Shown here piece after piece: positions 50,623 through 60,850 of a stretch of 64,000 bases of DNA. The notes under the pieces are model-generated. The model was not told the DNA's origin. It was given only the letters and a program-made list of their open reading frames with translations, and made no database searches. Within the stretch, counting starts at the first letter, position 1. Each line of letters starts with the position of its first letter. Position numbers and translations under genes: made by a program. Location: positions 2,125 through 66,124 of the forward strand of contig CAZMNF010000006.1 of NCBI GenBank assembly GCA_964567595.1. The letters run 5' to 3'. The stretch comes from an uncultured Thermotogae bacterium (lineage in GTDB: Bacteria > Bipolaricaulota > Bipolaricaulia > RBG-16-55-9).

Positions 50623-51153
50623 ATGGCCATTGGGACGACAACGCGAGCGCAGCGGGAAGCGCACATCCGACCGGCCGTCGAAGCCGACCTGCCGCGTGTG
50701 ATCCAGATCGAGAGCGCATCGTTCCCGACGCCATGGCCGCAATCGGTGCTCAAAGGCCACATCGGCGAGCCCGGATTTCTCGTGAACCAATGGGCCGAGG
50801 GCGTCGTTGGCTACGTCATTGCCGGCATCCGGATTCCGACGCTCTTTGCGCGGCTGGAGAAACGCACTCGCGCCTGGATGGGCGTACCGACCGACCTGGA
50901 GGAGCACACGGGCCACATCATGAACATCGCCGTCGATCCCAACCACCGTGGCAAGGGAGTCGGCAGTGCGCTCTTGCGCGCCGCGCTCGACCATCTGTGG
51001 CGCATGGAAGCGAGCTGCGCCGAACTGGAAGTCCGGACCGACAACACCTCGGCCATTCGTCTGTACGAGCGCTACGGCTTTGAGATCTCCGAGCGCCTGC
51101 CTCGCTACTATCAGAATGGCGACGACGCCTATCTCATGATCCGGCCCTTCTGA
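50623..51153 (+). CDS. rimI: Ribosomal protein N-acetyltransferase RimI (GNAT)
   Basis: IESASFPTPW, HIMNIAVDPNHRGKGVG, LEVRTDNTSAIRLY, YYQNGDDAYLM. Confidence 0.92.
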   Translation: MAIGTTTRAQREAHIRPAVEADLPRVIQIESASFPTPWPQSVLKGHIGEPGFLVNQWAEGVVGYVIAGIRIPTLFARLEKRTRAWMGVPTDLEEHTGHIMNIAVDPNHRGKGVGSALLRAALDHLWRMEASCAELEVRTDNTSAIRLYERYGFEISERLPRYYQNGDDAYLMIRPF

Positions 51154-51412
51154 TCCGCCGGACGAGCTCATCCCGCCGAGTGACTCATGGCGGCGAAAGA
51201 AGCGTTAGACAATAATCGCAACGTTGGATGGCTTGCGCGGGTTGAAGTACTGAGCCTGTTCAGCGGTCAGTAGCCTTCCGCGGATCGCTTGCGGACCCAT
51301 CTTCGCCCAAATACAGCATCTTTGGTTGGCAACCAACGTCTTGACGTGCGTTGTATGGTGTGGTACGAATAGCCATATAACAGAATCCCTCAGAATCAGA
51401 AAGGAGGCGACC

Positions 51413-52066
51413 ATGAAGACGAACCTCCTCATGGCGGCGCTTGTCGTGGGATTGGTGGCCACGCTGCCTGCGGAGTCCGATCTCCAACCGACCCCGCACG
51501 CGCAGTTCGGCGCGCCGGACCTGGTGGTCAACGAGGTGGCCTGGGCCGGCACCGTGGCCAACGCTGCGGACGAGTGGATTGAGCTGCGCAACAACACCGC
51601 CAACGAGATCGACCTGACCGGCTACGCGCTCGAATGGGAGGACGGAGAGACCGTCATCCGCTTTGACGCGGACGCCGAGTCGAACGCGACGGACGTCCGG
51701 CGCACCGCAATCCCGGGCGATGGGTTCATGCTGCTGGAGCGAACGGATGACGACACGATCAGCGACGTGGAGGCCGACGTGATCTACACCGGCGCGCTCG
51801 GCAACGGGGGCGAGACCCTGGTGCTCCGCGATGACGACGGCGAGGTCATCGACGAGGTCAACGCCGACGGCGGCGAGTGGCCCGCGGGAACCGCGAGCGA
51901 CGGCGAGGTGCCTTATGCGTCCATGGAACGCATTGACCCGACAAGCGACGGCGACGACAGCAACTGGGCGTCCAATGACGGCGTCATCCAGAACGGAACC
52001 GACAACGGCGGCAACCTGATCAACGGCACGCCGAAGGCGGAAAACTCGCAGAAGAACACCAACTGA
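51413..52066 (+). CDS. Secreted lamin-tail-domain (LTD) protein
   Basis: SD AGGAGG; signal peptide; VVNEVAWAG, EWIELRN, DLTGY, LGNGGETLVLRD, SMER, GTPKAEN; very acidic. Confidence 0.85.
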   Translation: MKTNLLMAALVVGLVATLPAESDLQPTPHAQFGAPDLVVNEVAWAGTVANAADEWIELRNNTANEIDLTGYALEWEDGETVIRFDADAESNATDVRRTAIPGDGFMLLERTDDDTISDVEADVIYTGALGNGGETLVLRDDDGEVIDEVNADGGEWPAGTASDGEVPYASMERIDPTSDGDDSNWASNDGVIQNGTDNGGNLINGTPKAENSQKNTN

Positions 52067-52081
52067 GCCGCTCAGTCCGGT

Positions 52082-52948
52082 TCAAGACGCCGATTCGGCG
52101 TGGAGCAGGGCGCGGATCTGGGCGAGCCGGCGCTCCGCTTCCGCCTCGCCCGCTTGGACGGGCCCGTCCACCTCGCCCAAATCGAGCGTTCGGACCTTGT
52201 GTGCCTGCGGGTGGACCACCGCAAGCCGGTCGCCCATGCGCTGGCGGTCCCGCGCTAGGCGCAGGCTGTTCAGCTCGCGCAACAAGATGCGCTCCGCCCG
52301 CAGGAGCACGTCCATGCTCGTCAGCGCCGGATCGTCCTCGAGCGGCGCCTCGACGTCCACCGCCAAGACGCGCTCAGCGCCCAGATCCGTCGCCGCCTCC
52401 ACCGGCAGGTTGTCCACGAGCCCACCATCCACGAGGTAGCGATCGCCCCATTGCACGGGGTAATGGATGCCCGGCAACGACACGGACGCCGCTAGCGCCC
52501 GGTCGATGGGACCCTCTCGGAGAACGACGCGCTCGCCCGTGTCGATGTCGGTCGCCACCACCGCGAGGGGGATGCCGAGCTCCTCGAACACCAGCTGCCG
52601 ACTGAACAGCCCGAAGAACTCGATCAGCGCCTGAGTCGTGGGCAATTCGTGACGGCGCCAATCGCGACGGCCCGTCAGGACGTCCGTGGCCGTATTGGAG
52701 ATCAGGCGTCGCAAGGAGTGCCGAGGGAAGTGCAGAAGCCGATTCAGATCCAGCTCCTTGAGAAGGCGTTGCAGCCGATCCAGGTCAATGCCGGCAGCGT
52801 AGGCGGCGCCCACGACGGCCCCGATGCTGGTGCCGGCTACCCCGCAGACGGGAATCCCTCGGCTTTGCAGGACTCGCAGCACGCCGATGTGGGCGTAGCC
52901 GCGCGCGCCGCCGCCGCCCAAAGCCAATCCGAGCGTTGGCTGTCCCAT
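52082..52948 (-). CDS. Patatin-like phospholipase
   Basis: LALGGGGARG, GTSIG (GxSxG), DGGLVDNLP. Confidence 0.93.
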   Translation of the reverse strand: MGQPTLGLALGGGGARGYAHIGVLRVLQSRGIPVCGVAGTSIGAVVGAAYAAGIDLDRLQRLLKELDLNRLLHFPRHSLRRLISNTATDVLTGRRDWRRHELPTTQALIEFFGLFSRQLVFEELGIPLAVVATDIDTGERVVLREGPIDRALAASVSLPGIHYPVQWGDRYLVDGGLVDNLPVEAATDLGAERVLAVDVEAPLEDDPALTSMDVLLRAERILLRELNSLRLARDRQRMGDRLAVVHPQAHKVRTLDLGEVDGPVQAGEAEAERRLAQIRALLHAESAS

Positions 52949-53001
52949 GACCGCCTCCTGGTAACGCCATTTCCCGCATTGTAGAGCCACGAGTCCAATG
53001 G

Positions 53002-53037
53002 AAAAACCCCTGCGGCGCAACGGCCGCAGGGGTTGTT
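53002..53037 (-). terminator. groEL intrinsic terminator
   Basis: Minus strand AACCCCTGCGGC-loop-GCCGCAGGGGTT followed by TTT. Confidence 0.85.
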
Positions 53038-53085
53038 GGGCGCTATCGATTTGGGCCTAGCCGGCCTCAGCGTTGAGCGGCGGGC

Positions 53086-54729
53086 TTACATCATGCCCAT
53101 GCCGCCCATGCCACCGGCGCCGGCCATCTGATCCGCACCACCGTCCTCGCTGACGTCGATCGTCGCGACGGCAGCGCCACTGGTGAGGATCATGCCGGCG
53201 ACGCTGACGGCGTTCTGCACCGCCGACTTGGTGACCTTCGTCGGGTCGATGATGCCGGCGTCCATCATGTCGACGTACGACTCGCTGACGACGTCGAACG
53301 CGTGGCCATGCTCGAGGTTCTTGATCCGCTCCACGACGATGCTGCCCTCGTGGCCGGCGTTCTCGGCGAGCTGGCGCACCGGGGCTTCGAGCGCGCGGCG
53401 CAGCAGCCGGACGCCGATCTGCTCGTCGCCCTCGGGTTCGAGGTTATCGAGCACGTAGGCCGCATTGAGCAGCGCGACGCCGCCACCGGGCAGGATGCCC
53501 TCTTCGACGGCCGCCTTCGTGGCCTCGAGGGCGTCCTCCATGCGCTGCTTCTTCTCCTCAAGCTCGGCCTCAGTGGCCGCGCCGGTCTTGATGACCGCGA
53601 CGCCGCCGGAGAGCTTGGCCATGCGCTCCTGCAGCTTTTCACGGTCGTAGTCGGAGTCGCTCGTCTCCATCTGCTTTTTGATCTGCTCGATGCGGGCGTC
53701 GATGTCGCTCTTGTCGCCGTGGCCGCCGACGACCGTCGTGTCGTCGTCGGTGATCGTCACGTTGTCCGCGGTGCCGAGCATGTCGATCGTGCCGTTCTCG
53801 ATCTTCATGCCGGCGTCCTCGGCGATGACCTGGCCGCCCGTGAGCGTCGCCATGTCCTGCAGCATCGCCTTGCGACGATCGCCGAAGCCGGGCGCCTTGA
53901 CCGCGGCGACGTCGAGGGTACCGCGCAGCTTGTTGATGACCAGCGTCGTCAACGCCTCGCCCTCCACGTTCTGGGCGACGATCAACAACGGCTTGCCGGC
54001 CTGGGAGATCTTCTCCAAAAGCGGGACCAAGTCACGGGCCTGCTTGATCTCCTGGTCGGTAATCAGGATGTAGGGATCCTTGAGCTCGGCCTCCATGCGC
54101 TCCTGGTCGGTCACGAAGTAGGGGCTGAGGTAGCCGCGGTCGAACTGGAGCCCCTCGACGAGCTCGTAGTAGGTGTCGATGCTCTCGGACTCCTCCACGG
54201 TGATGACGCCATCGGAGCCGGCGGCTTCCATCGTGTCGGCGATGATCTGGCCGATCTCCTCATCATTGGAGGAGATTGTCGCCACGCGGGCCATCTCCTC
54301 CTTGCTGCTGAGCTCGCGGCTCTGCTTGGCCAGCTCATCGGCCACAGCGCGCGAAGCCCGCTCCAAGCCGCGCTTGAGCCACATCGGGTTGGCCCCGGCG
54401 GTGATGTTCTTGTTGCCCTCGGTGATCAGGGCATTGGCCAGAATGGTCGCCGTGGTCGTGCCGTCGCCGGCCGAGTCCTCGGTCTCCTTGGCGACCTGCT
54501 TGACGAGCTGGGCCCCCATGTTCTCGAACTCGTCCTCGTACTCCTGCTCTTCGGCGATGGTGACGCCATCGTTGACGACCTTGGGACCGCCGAACTCCTT
54601 GTCGAGAATCACGCTGCGACCGCGGGGCCCGAGCGTGATGCGCACGGCCCGCGCAAGCTGGTCGATGCCGCTCAGCAGCCGCTCACGAGAGTCCTCGTCG
54701 AAAATGACCTCTTTGTAACTGTCCGCCAT
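53086..54729 (-). CDS. groL: Chaperonin GroEL
   Basis: TLGPRGR, NDGVTIA, AGDGTTTAT, GLQFDRGYLSPYF, KAPGFGDRRK, GGM tail. Confidence 0.98.
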   Translation of the reverse strand: MADSYKEVIFDEDSRERLLSGIDQLARAVRITLGPRGRSVILDKEFGGPKVVNDGVTIAEEQEYEDEFENMGAQLVKQVAKETEDSAGDGTTTATILANALITEGNKNITAGANPMWLKRGLERASRAVADELAKQSRELSSKEEMARVATISSNDEEIGQIIADTMEAAGSDGVITVEESESIDTYYELVEGLQFDRGYLSPYFVTDQERMEAELKDPYILITDQEIKQARDLVPLLEKISQAGKPLLIVAQNVEGEALTTLVINKLRGTLDVAAVKAPGFGDRRKAMLQDMATLTGGQVIAEDAGMKIENGTIDMLGTADNVTITDDDTTVVGGHGDKSDIDARIEQIKKQMETSDSDYDREKLQERMAKLSGGVAVIKTGAATEAELEEKKQRMEDALEATKAAVEEGILPGGGVALLNAAYVLDNLEPEGDEQIGVRLLRRALEAPVRQLAENAGHEGSIVVERIKNLEHGHAFDVVSESYVDMMDAGIIDPTKVTKSAVQNAVSVAGMILTSGAAVATIDVSEDGGADQMAGAGGMGGMGMM

Positions 54730-54757
54730 AGCATCCTCCTTGTCTTATATGAGCGTC

Positions 54758-55042
54758 TTACTCGGCAAGCGCGAGAATGTCCTCGGCCTTGACGATGCGG
54801 TAGTCCGCCCCGTCGGCCTCGAACTTCCGGCCGGAAAAGCTGTCGATCAGGACAGTGTCGCCCTCGTTGACCTCGATCTCGTCCTTGTCCGTGCCGACCG
54901 CGACCACCGCGGCGCGCAAGAGGTTCTGATCCGAGCGCGCCTCCTCAGGCAGCACGATGCCGCCTTGTTCCTCTTCCTCCTCCTCGACTTCTTGGAGCAG
55001 GACGCGGTCCGCGAGTGGCTTGAGCTTTAGGTTCTCCGCCAT
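54758..55042 (-). CDS. groS: Co-chaperonin GroES
   Basis: LKPLADRVL, GGIVLP, VAVG, EDILA. Confidence 0.95.
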   Translation of the reverse strand: MAENLKLKPLADRVLLQEVEEEEEEQGGIVLPEEARSDQNLLRAAVVAVGTDKDEIEVNEGDTVLIDSFSGRKFEADGADYRIVKAEDILALAE

Positions 55043-55076
55043 AGGTCCTCCCTTCGTGTTCGTTAGCAGTGGTGTA

Positions 55077-55103
55077 TTAGCACTCATTGGAGATGACTGC
55101 TAA
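55077..55103. promoter_or_regulatory. CIRCE element (HrcA operator)
   Basis: TTAGCACTC-N9-GACTGCTAA, one mismatch to TTAGCACTC-N9-GAGTGCTAA, just downstream of the groES promoter. Confidence 0.9.
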
Positions 55104-55105
55104 GT

Positions 55106-55134
55106 ATTGTACAAGAGGGAATACCCGCCGTCAA
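55106..55134 (-). promoter_or_regulatory. Sigma70 promoter of groESL
   Basis: Minus strand TTGACG (55134-55129), N17, TACAAT (55111-55106). Confidence 0.85.
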
Positions 55135-55189
55135 GCGTCGCCTGCGCAATGGACGAATGTCTCTGTCATAGGGCAGTCACGGCGCTAAC

Positions 55190-55660
55190 ATGGCGAGCGA
55201 TATGCCCTCGGGAACGACCCACCAACGCGTCGAAATGATCGCGTTGCCGTTGATGATCGGCGGGGCCTTCTACAGCGATCTCTTCACGCCGACGGAGATC
55301 GGGGCCTTCGCGGGCGCCTACGTCTTCGCCAGCCTGTTGTTGAGCCCCGACCTGGACCTGAAAGCCAACAGAGCCCGCAAGCGCTGGGGGCCACTGGCGT
55401 TTATCTGGAGCCCTTACGCTCGGGCCTTCAAGCATCGCGGTGCGAGCCACAGTCTCCTATTCGGCCCCCTGACCCGCCTCGCCTATCTGGCGATCGTGTT
55501 CGGGCTCGTGGCCGTCGGGCTCAGCTACGTCGGGCTCACGCTTCCGACGACGGCTCCGGAATGGATCACGCCGCGGATGATCGGGGGGCTCATCGCGGGC
55601 CTCTACGCCCCGAACGCGGTCCACGTGCTGCTTGATCGCCTCGTGAGCGCTGTCCGTTGA
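55190..55660 (+). CDS. DUF2227-like putative metal-binding membrane protein
   Basis: PSGTTH, LLSPDLDL, RWGPL..IWSPY, HRGASH, HVLLD. Confidence 0.8.
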   Translation: MASDMPSGTTHQRVEMIALPLMIGGAFYSDLFTPTEIGAFAGAYVFASLLLSPDLDLKANRARKRWGPLAFIWSPYARAFKHRGASHSLLFGPLTRLAYLAIVFGLVAVGLSYVGLTLPTTAPEWITPRMIGGLIAGLYAPNAVHVLLDRLVSAVR

Positions 55661-56043
55661 TCCCGATGCTGACCCGAGACGTCCTCATCGCCGTCGTGCT
55701 CGTCGCGCTCGTCACCGTCGGCGTCGTCCACAGCTGGGGCTATGACCAAGTCGGGACGGCGTCCTGGTACGGACCCAAGTTCCACGGCCAACGGACCTCC
55801 AGCGGCGAGGTCTACAACATGCACGAGATGACGGCCGCCCATAAATCCCTGCCGTTCGACACCTGGGTCAAGGTCGTCGATTTGCAGACGGGCAACAGCG
55901 TCGTCGTCCGCATCACCGATCGCGGCCCGTTCATCCCCGGCCGGATCATCGACTTGTCCAAAGCCGCAGCCCAAGAACTGGGGATCATCGACACGGGTAC
56001 GGCCCGCGTGGGGCTGCAAGTGCTCCGCTGGCCTTCCGATTGA
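55657..56043 (+). CDS. rlpA: RlpA-family DPBB lytic transglycosylase domain protein
   Basis: GTASWYG, FHGQRTSSGE, MTAAHKSLPF, ITDRGPF, RIIDLS. Confidence 0.9.
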   Translation: MIPMLTRDVLIAVVLVALVTVGVVHSWGYDQVGTASWYGPKFHGQRTSSGEVYNMHEMTAAHKSLPFDTWVKVVDLQTGNSVVVRITDRGPFIPGRIIDLSKAAAQELGIIDTGTARVGLQVLRWPSD

Positions 56044-56055
56044 ACGGCCCCTACC

Positions 56056-58728
56056 ATGGTGAGGCTCATGCGCCGCCACCAGACCGAGCCGACCGACGAC
56101 GACACGCTGTTCGAGCTTCTGCACCCCTGGGTGCGCGAGTGGTTTCGGACGCAATTCGGCTCCTTCAGCCCGCCGCAGCGCCACGCGGTGCCGAACATCC
56201 ACGATGGCCGTAACTGTCTGATCTCCGCCCCGACTGGCAGCGGCAAGACCCTGGCCGCGTTCACCTCGATCATCAGCGAACTGACGCAACTGGCCGAGGC
56301 GGGCAACCTGGCCAACGGCATCTACGGTGTCTACATTTCCCCACTGAAGGCACTCGGCAACGACATCGAGCGCAACCTCCAAGAGCCGCTGGAGGGGATC
56401 GCCGACGTTGCGGAACGAGACTTGGGAATCCGCATCGGCATCCGGACGGGCGACACCTCCGATCGGGACAAACAGCGCATGCGCGAGCGGGCCCCGCACA
56501 TTTTCATCACCACCCCGGAGTCGCTCGCCATCACGCTGACCTCCCCGCAGTTCGCCCAGTACTTCCAACACCTGCGCTGGGTCGTCGTCGACGAGGTCCA
56601 CGCGCTCGCCGAGAACAAGCGCGGCGTCCATCTGTCCCTGTCGCTCGAACGGCTCGTGGAAAAGATCAGTCGGGACGTCACCCGTATCGGGCTCTCCGCC
56701 ACGATCAGCCCGCTGGACGAGGTCGCCAAGTTCTTGGTCGGGCGCCGCCACGGGGCCGCGCTCGGCGAGCTCGACGAAGCCGACGACCCCTGGCGCGACT
56801 GCGCCATCGTCGACGCCCGTTTCGAGAAGCCGCTCGATCTCCAGGTCCGGAGCCCCGTGGATGACTTTATCCATACGACGGCCCAGCAGCTGAACGCCAA
56901 CCTCTACGACACGCTGGCCCGCTTGATCGACGAGCATCGCACGACGCTCGTGTTCACGAACACGCGCTCCGCAACCGAGCGGATCGTCCACATTCTGAAG
57001 GACCGATATCCCCGCTTCGAGGGCAAGATTGGCGCGCACCACGGCTCCCTCTCCCGCGGCCACCGCCACGAGATTGAACAGCGACTGAAAGCCGGCGACT
57101 TGAAAGCCGTCGTCACCTCGACGTCGCTGGAACTCGGCATCGACGTCGGCCACATCGACCTGGTCGTGTTGGTCAACTCGCCGAAGAGCGTCGCCCGTGC
57201 GCTCCAACGCATCGGCCGTAGCGGCCATCGCCTCCACGATACCGTCATGGGCCGCATCCTCGTCACCGACCGCGACGAGCTCGTCGAGTGCTCGGTCATG
57301 ATGAAGAGCGCCCTGGAGCACCAACTGGACGAGCTCCACTTCCCGACGAACTGCCTGGACGTCCTTGCGCAACAGATCTTCGGCGTGCTCATGGACGGTC
57401 GGATTGCGGCCGAGGACCTCTACGAGATCGTCACGCGGAGCTACCCCTATCACGCGCTGCCGTGGGCCGACTTCGAGAGCGTGCTGGAGTATCTCGCCGG
57501 GGAGTACGCCTCCCTGGAAGACCGCCGAGTCTACGCCAAGATCTTCTACGATCGCGAGAAGCAACTGATCGGCAAGCGCGGCCGGCTCGCGCGCGTGCTG
57601 TATCTCACCAACATCGGCACCATTCCCGACGAGTCCTACGTGACGGTCAAGATCGGCGACCGTGCGGTCGGCAGCATCGAGGAGTCGTTTTTGGAGATGC
57701 TGCGCAAGGGCGACGTTTTCGTCCTCGGCGGGGAGACGTATCAGTTCAACTATGCCCGCGGCATGACGGCCCAAGTGGCCCCCGCCGGTGGCAAGTCACC
57801 GACGGTGCCGTCGTGGTTCTCCGAGATGCTGCCGCTCAGCTTCGGCCTCGCCTGCGATATCCAACGGATCCGCACCGAACTGGCCGACCGGTTCGACCAA
57901 GGCCAAACATCCGAAGCGATCCGAGCCTATCTGCGCGCGCAGCTCAGTCTGGACGAACGTGGCGTCGAGTCGTTCTACAACTACGTCGCTGAGCAGCACC
58001 AATATGCGGAAATCCCCCATCGTCACAAAATCCTCGTGGAATATTACGAGGAGGAGCTCGAGCCGAATCGCTACAAGAGCCCCGTCAAAACGTGGGTGAT
58101 TTTCCACTCGCTGTTCGGGCGTCGCGTCAACGACGCGCTCAGCCGGGCGATCGCCTGGCTCATCGCCCGTCGGGAGGACAAGGACGTCGAGGTCGGCATT
58201 ACCGACCACGGCTTCTACGTCGCCTACGAGGGCCACGTCCGCGTGATGAGCGCCTTCGAGCTGCTACGCGAGCGCGACCTTCGAACGGCTCTCAAGGATG
58301 CCTTGGACGACAGCGAAATTCTGCGACGGCGCTTCCGGCATTGCGCCACACGCTCGCTCATGATCCTCAAACGCTACAAGGGGCGCCAAAAATCGGTCGG
58401 GCGTCAGCAGGTGAAAGCGATGATCCTCCAGAGCGCCGTCGAGGCCATGGACGAGCGCTTCCCCGTGCTGCGCGAGGCCTACCGCGAAGTCATGGAGGAC
58501 GCCATGGACGTAACCCACGCCGAGCAGATCCTGGACGAGATCCGCCAAGGGCAGATCGAGATCGCGGGTCGCATCAGCTCCCATCCCAGTCCCTTTGCGT
58601 TCCACATCGTCATGCAGGGCAAGAGTGACCTCGTCAAAGCGGAAGACCGCCAAGCGTTCCTGCAGCGCATGTATCGACAGATGCGCGAGGAAATGGACTC
58701 GGACCAAGCCACCCGATCCGGAACTTGA
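56056..58728 (+). CDS. lhr: Lhr-core SF2 helicase (archaeal type)
   Basis: APTGSGKT, DEVH, GLSAT, HHGSLS, TSLELGID, QRIGRSGH, LDVLAQQI, GTIPDE, PSPFA. Confidence 0.93.
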   Translation: MVRLMRRHQTEPTDDDTLFELLHPWVREWFRTQFGSFSPPQRHAVPNIHDGRNCLISAPTGSGKTLAAFTSIISELTQLAEAGNLANGIYGVYISPLKALGNDIERNLQEPLEGIADVAERDLGIRIGIRTGDTSDRDKQRMRERAPHIFITTPESLAITLTSPQFAQYFQHLRWVVVDEVHALAENKRGVHLSLSLERLVEKISRDVTRIGLSATISPLDEVAKFLVGRRHGAALGELDEADDPWRDCAIVDARFEKPLDLQVRSPVDDFIHTTAQQLNANLYDTLARLIDEHRTTLVFTNTRSATERIVHILKDRYPRFEGKIGAHHGSLSRGHRHEIEQRLKAGDLKAVVTSTSLELGIDVGHIDLVVLVNSPKSVARALQRIGRSGHRLHDTVMGRILVTDRDELVECSVMMKSALEHQLDELHFPTNCLDVLAQQIFGVLMDGRIAAEDLYEIVTRSYPYHALPWADFESVLEYLAGEYASLEDRRVYAKIFYDREKQLIGKRGRLARVLYLTNIGTIPDESYVTVKIGDRAVGSIEESFLEMLRKGDVFVLGGETYQFNYARGMTAQVAPAGGKSPTVPSWFSEMLPLSFGLACDIQRIRTELADRFDQGQTSEAIRAYLRAQLSLDERGVESFYNYVAEQHQYAEIPHRHKILVEYYEEELEPNRYKSPVKTWVIFHSLFGRRVNDALSRAIAWLIARREDKDVEVGITDHGFYVAYEGHVRVMSAFELLRERDLRTALKDALDDSEILRRRFRHCATRSLMILKRYKGRQKSVGRQQVKAMILQSAVEAMDERFPVLREAYREVMEDAMDVTHAEQILDEIRQGQIEIAGRISSHPSPFAFHIVMQGKSDLVKAEDRQAFLQRMYRQMREEMDSDQATRSGT

Positions 58729-58838
58729 CGCCGCCTCGTGGAGTGGGATCCATGTTGCGCCCGACACGGATTGCACGGCCGTGTTCGACTTGCTAGTCTA
58801 CTTTCGACTGTGGAGTCGAACCGTCTTTCGACCGCATC

Positions 58839-60155
58839 TTGGGCATGGAATCGATCTTCGTCTGGGGCCTGAACCATCGCAGCGACTCGGTTGATGCGCG
58901 CGAACGGCTCATGCGCGTCCTCGACACGTCCGAGGGCAGTGCCATGCCGCCCTCGCTTCCGCTCGGGGACGAGCACGAAGCCGTCCTGCTGAGCACCTGC
59001 AACCGGATCGAGGTCTACGGCGCCAGCGCGTGCGACCCCTCCTCGATCAGTGGGGATCTCATCGCTGAACTGAGCAGGCTGAGCGGGCTGGACGCGGAGT
59101 GCCTGGAGACCGCGAGCTATCTCCATCAGGGCCGTGCCGCGAGCGAGCATCTTTTCCGTGTTGCCACGGGCCTGGATTCGCTCGTGCTTGGCGAGTCGCA
59201 GATCCTGCATCAGGTGAAACGGGCCAAGGAGCAAGCGGAAGTCCAGGACACGATCGGGCCCGTGCTCCACCAACTGTTCCGTCAGGCGATCAACCTGGGC
59301 AAGCGGGCACGCACCGAAACCGACATCAACCGCTATCCCATCTCCATGGCGTCCATCGGCGTGGATCAAGCCGAGCAGCGGCTCGGATCGTTGGTCGGAC
59401 GGACGGCGTTGGTCGTCGGTGCCGGCAAGGTCGGCGGGCTTGCAGCGCAACGCCTCGACGAACGCGGCATCAAGGAAATTCGCCTTGTCAACCGCCACCG
59501 CGAGACCGCCAACCCGCTCCTGGCAACTTACAACGCAACGTTTTGGCCCTTGGACGATCTGCCGAGCGCGCTCGAGGGCATTGACCTCGTCATCAGCGCC
59601 AGCGGGTCGCCACGGACGCTGCTGGACCGGTCCCACGTCGAGAGGGCGCGATCGGGAGCGGGTTATCCGAAGTTGGTCATCGTCGACCTGGCGCTGCCCC
59701 GCGACGTCGAGGCGAACGTCGCCCAGCGACCTGAGGTCGAGCTCCACAACGTCGACGATCTGCAAGGCATCGTCCAAGCCCATCGGGAACGACGCCAAGC
59801 AGAAGTCGAGCCGATTGGCCGAATGATTGCGGCCGAGGTGGATCGCTTCGACGCCTGGCTCAAGGAACGCGACGCCGCATCCCTCGTCCGCGCCCTGCGC
59901 GACCGGGCCGAGGCGATTCGCGACGACGAACTCCAGTCGACGCTCCGGCGGCTCCAGCTGGACGATCCCGATCAAGAGGCCTTGGTGGAGCAGCTGTCGC
60001 GACGCCTGATGAACAAGCTGTTGCACGACCCGACCACCCGGATTAAGGATTGGGCCGGCAACGGCCACGGCCTGGACCGGGACGCCATTGCGGAGTTGTT
60101 CGGTCTCCATGATGCTGAGCGTCCTGAGCAACCTGCCTCAAGGAGGACCCCATGA
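58839..60155 (+). CDS. hemA: Glutamyl-tRNA reductase
   Basis: LSTCNRIE, HLFRVATGLDSLVLGESQILHQVK, VGAGKVG, VNR, DLALPRDV, KLLHDPT. Confidence 0.95.
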   Translation: MGMESIFVWGLNHRSDSVDARERLMRVLDTSEGSAMPPSLPLGDEHEAVLLSTCNRIEVYGASACDPSSISGDLIAELSRLSGLDAECLETASYLHQGRAASEHLFRVATGLDSLVLGESQILHQVKRAKEQAEVQDTIGPVLHQLFRQAINLGKRARTETDINRYPISMASIGVDQAEQRLGSLVGRTALVVGAGKVGGLAAQRLDERGIKEIRLVNRHRETANPLLATYNATFWPLDDLPSALEGIDLVISASGSPRTLLDRSHVERARSGAGYPKLVIVDLALPRDVEANVAQRPEVELHNVDDLQGIVQAHRERRQAEVEPIGRMIAAEVDRFDAWLKERDAASLVRALRDRAEAIRDDELQSTLRRLQLDDPDQEALVEQLSRRLMNKLLHDPTTRIKDWAGNGHGLDRDAIAELFGLHDAERPEQPASRRTP

Positions 60156-60850
60156 GTTCATCCAACGCTCAAGACCACGCGCTCGAGTTCCCCTGGCTCA
60201 AGTTCACGTTTTTCAAGGCCGACCCGAGCTGGCGGCGTCTGCCCGACGAGGAGCGAGCCCAAGCGCGCCAGGACCTTGAGAGCGCCATTGCGTCGTTCGG
60301 CGACATGGACACGTTCCCCTACAGCACGGTCGGCATGAAGGGCGATTCGGAGTTACTCTTGTGGAACTGGGCCGACAGCCCCGATCGCATTCAGGACTTC
60401 ATCGGCCAGGTCAGGGGCACCGGCCTCGGCCGCTATCTCGAGGTCACCCATTCGATGCTCGGTCGGGTGCGCCAATCCCGCTACGTTCGACGGCCGACCT
60501 CCCAAGAACAAGCCATCGACGTCGAGGACCACGAGCGCTACCTCATCGTCTACCCGTTCACCAAGACGATCGACTGGTACCTCATGAGCGAGCAGGCCCG
60601 CCAAGGCATGATGAACGAGCACATCAAAGTGGGGAAACAATTTCCCTCCGTCCGCCAAGTGTTGGCCTACTCGACGGGGCTGGACGATCAGGAGTTCATC
60701 GTCGTCTACGAGACCGATGAGCTGGTCGACTTTCAGGATCTGGTCATCGCCCTGCGCAACACGGAGGCGCGGCGCTACACGGAGCGTGACACGCCGATCT
60801 TCACCTGCGTCCATCGTCCCCTTGACGAATGCCTCAAGTTGCTCGGGTGA
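60152..60850 (+). CDS. chdC: Chlorite-dismutase-family protein, likely coproheme decarboxylase (ChdC/HemQ)
   Basis: YPFTK, DWY, MMNEHIKVG, GLDDQEF, RNTEARRYT; located between hemA and ferrochelatase. Confidence 0.8.
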   Translation: MSSSNAQDHALEFPWLKFTFFKADPSWRRLPDEERAQARQDLESAIASFGDMDTFPYSTVGMKGDSELLLWNWADSPDRIQDFIGQVRGTGLGRYLEVTHSMLGRVRQSRYVRRPTSQEQAIDVEDHERYLIVYPFTKTIDWYLMSEQARQGMMNEHIKVGKQFPSVRQVLAYSTGLDDQEFIVVYETDELVDFQDLVIALRNTEARRYTERDTPIFTCVHRPLDECLKLLG

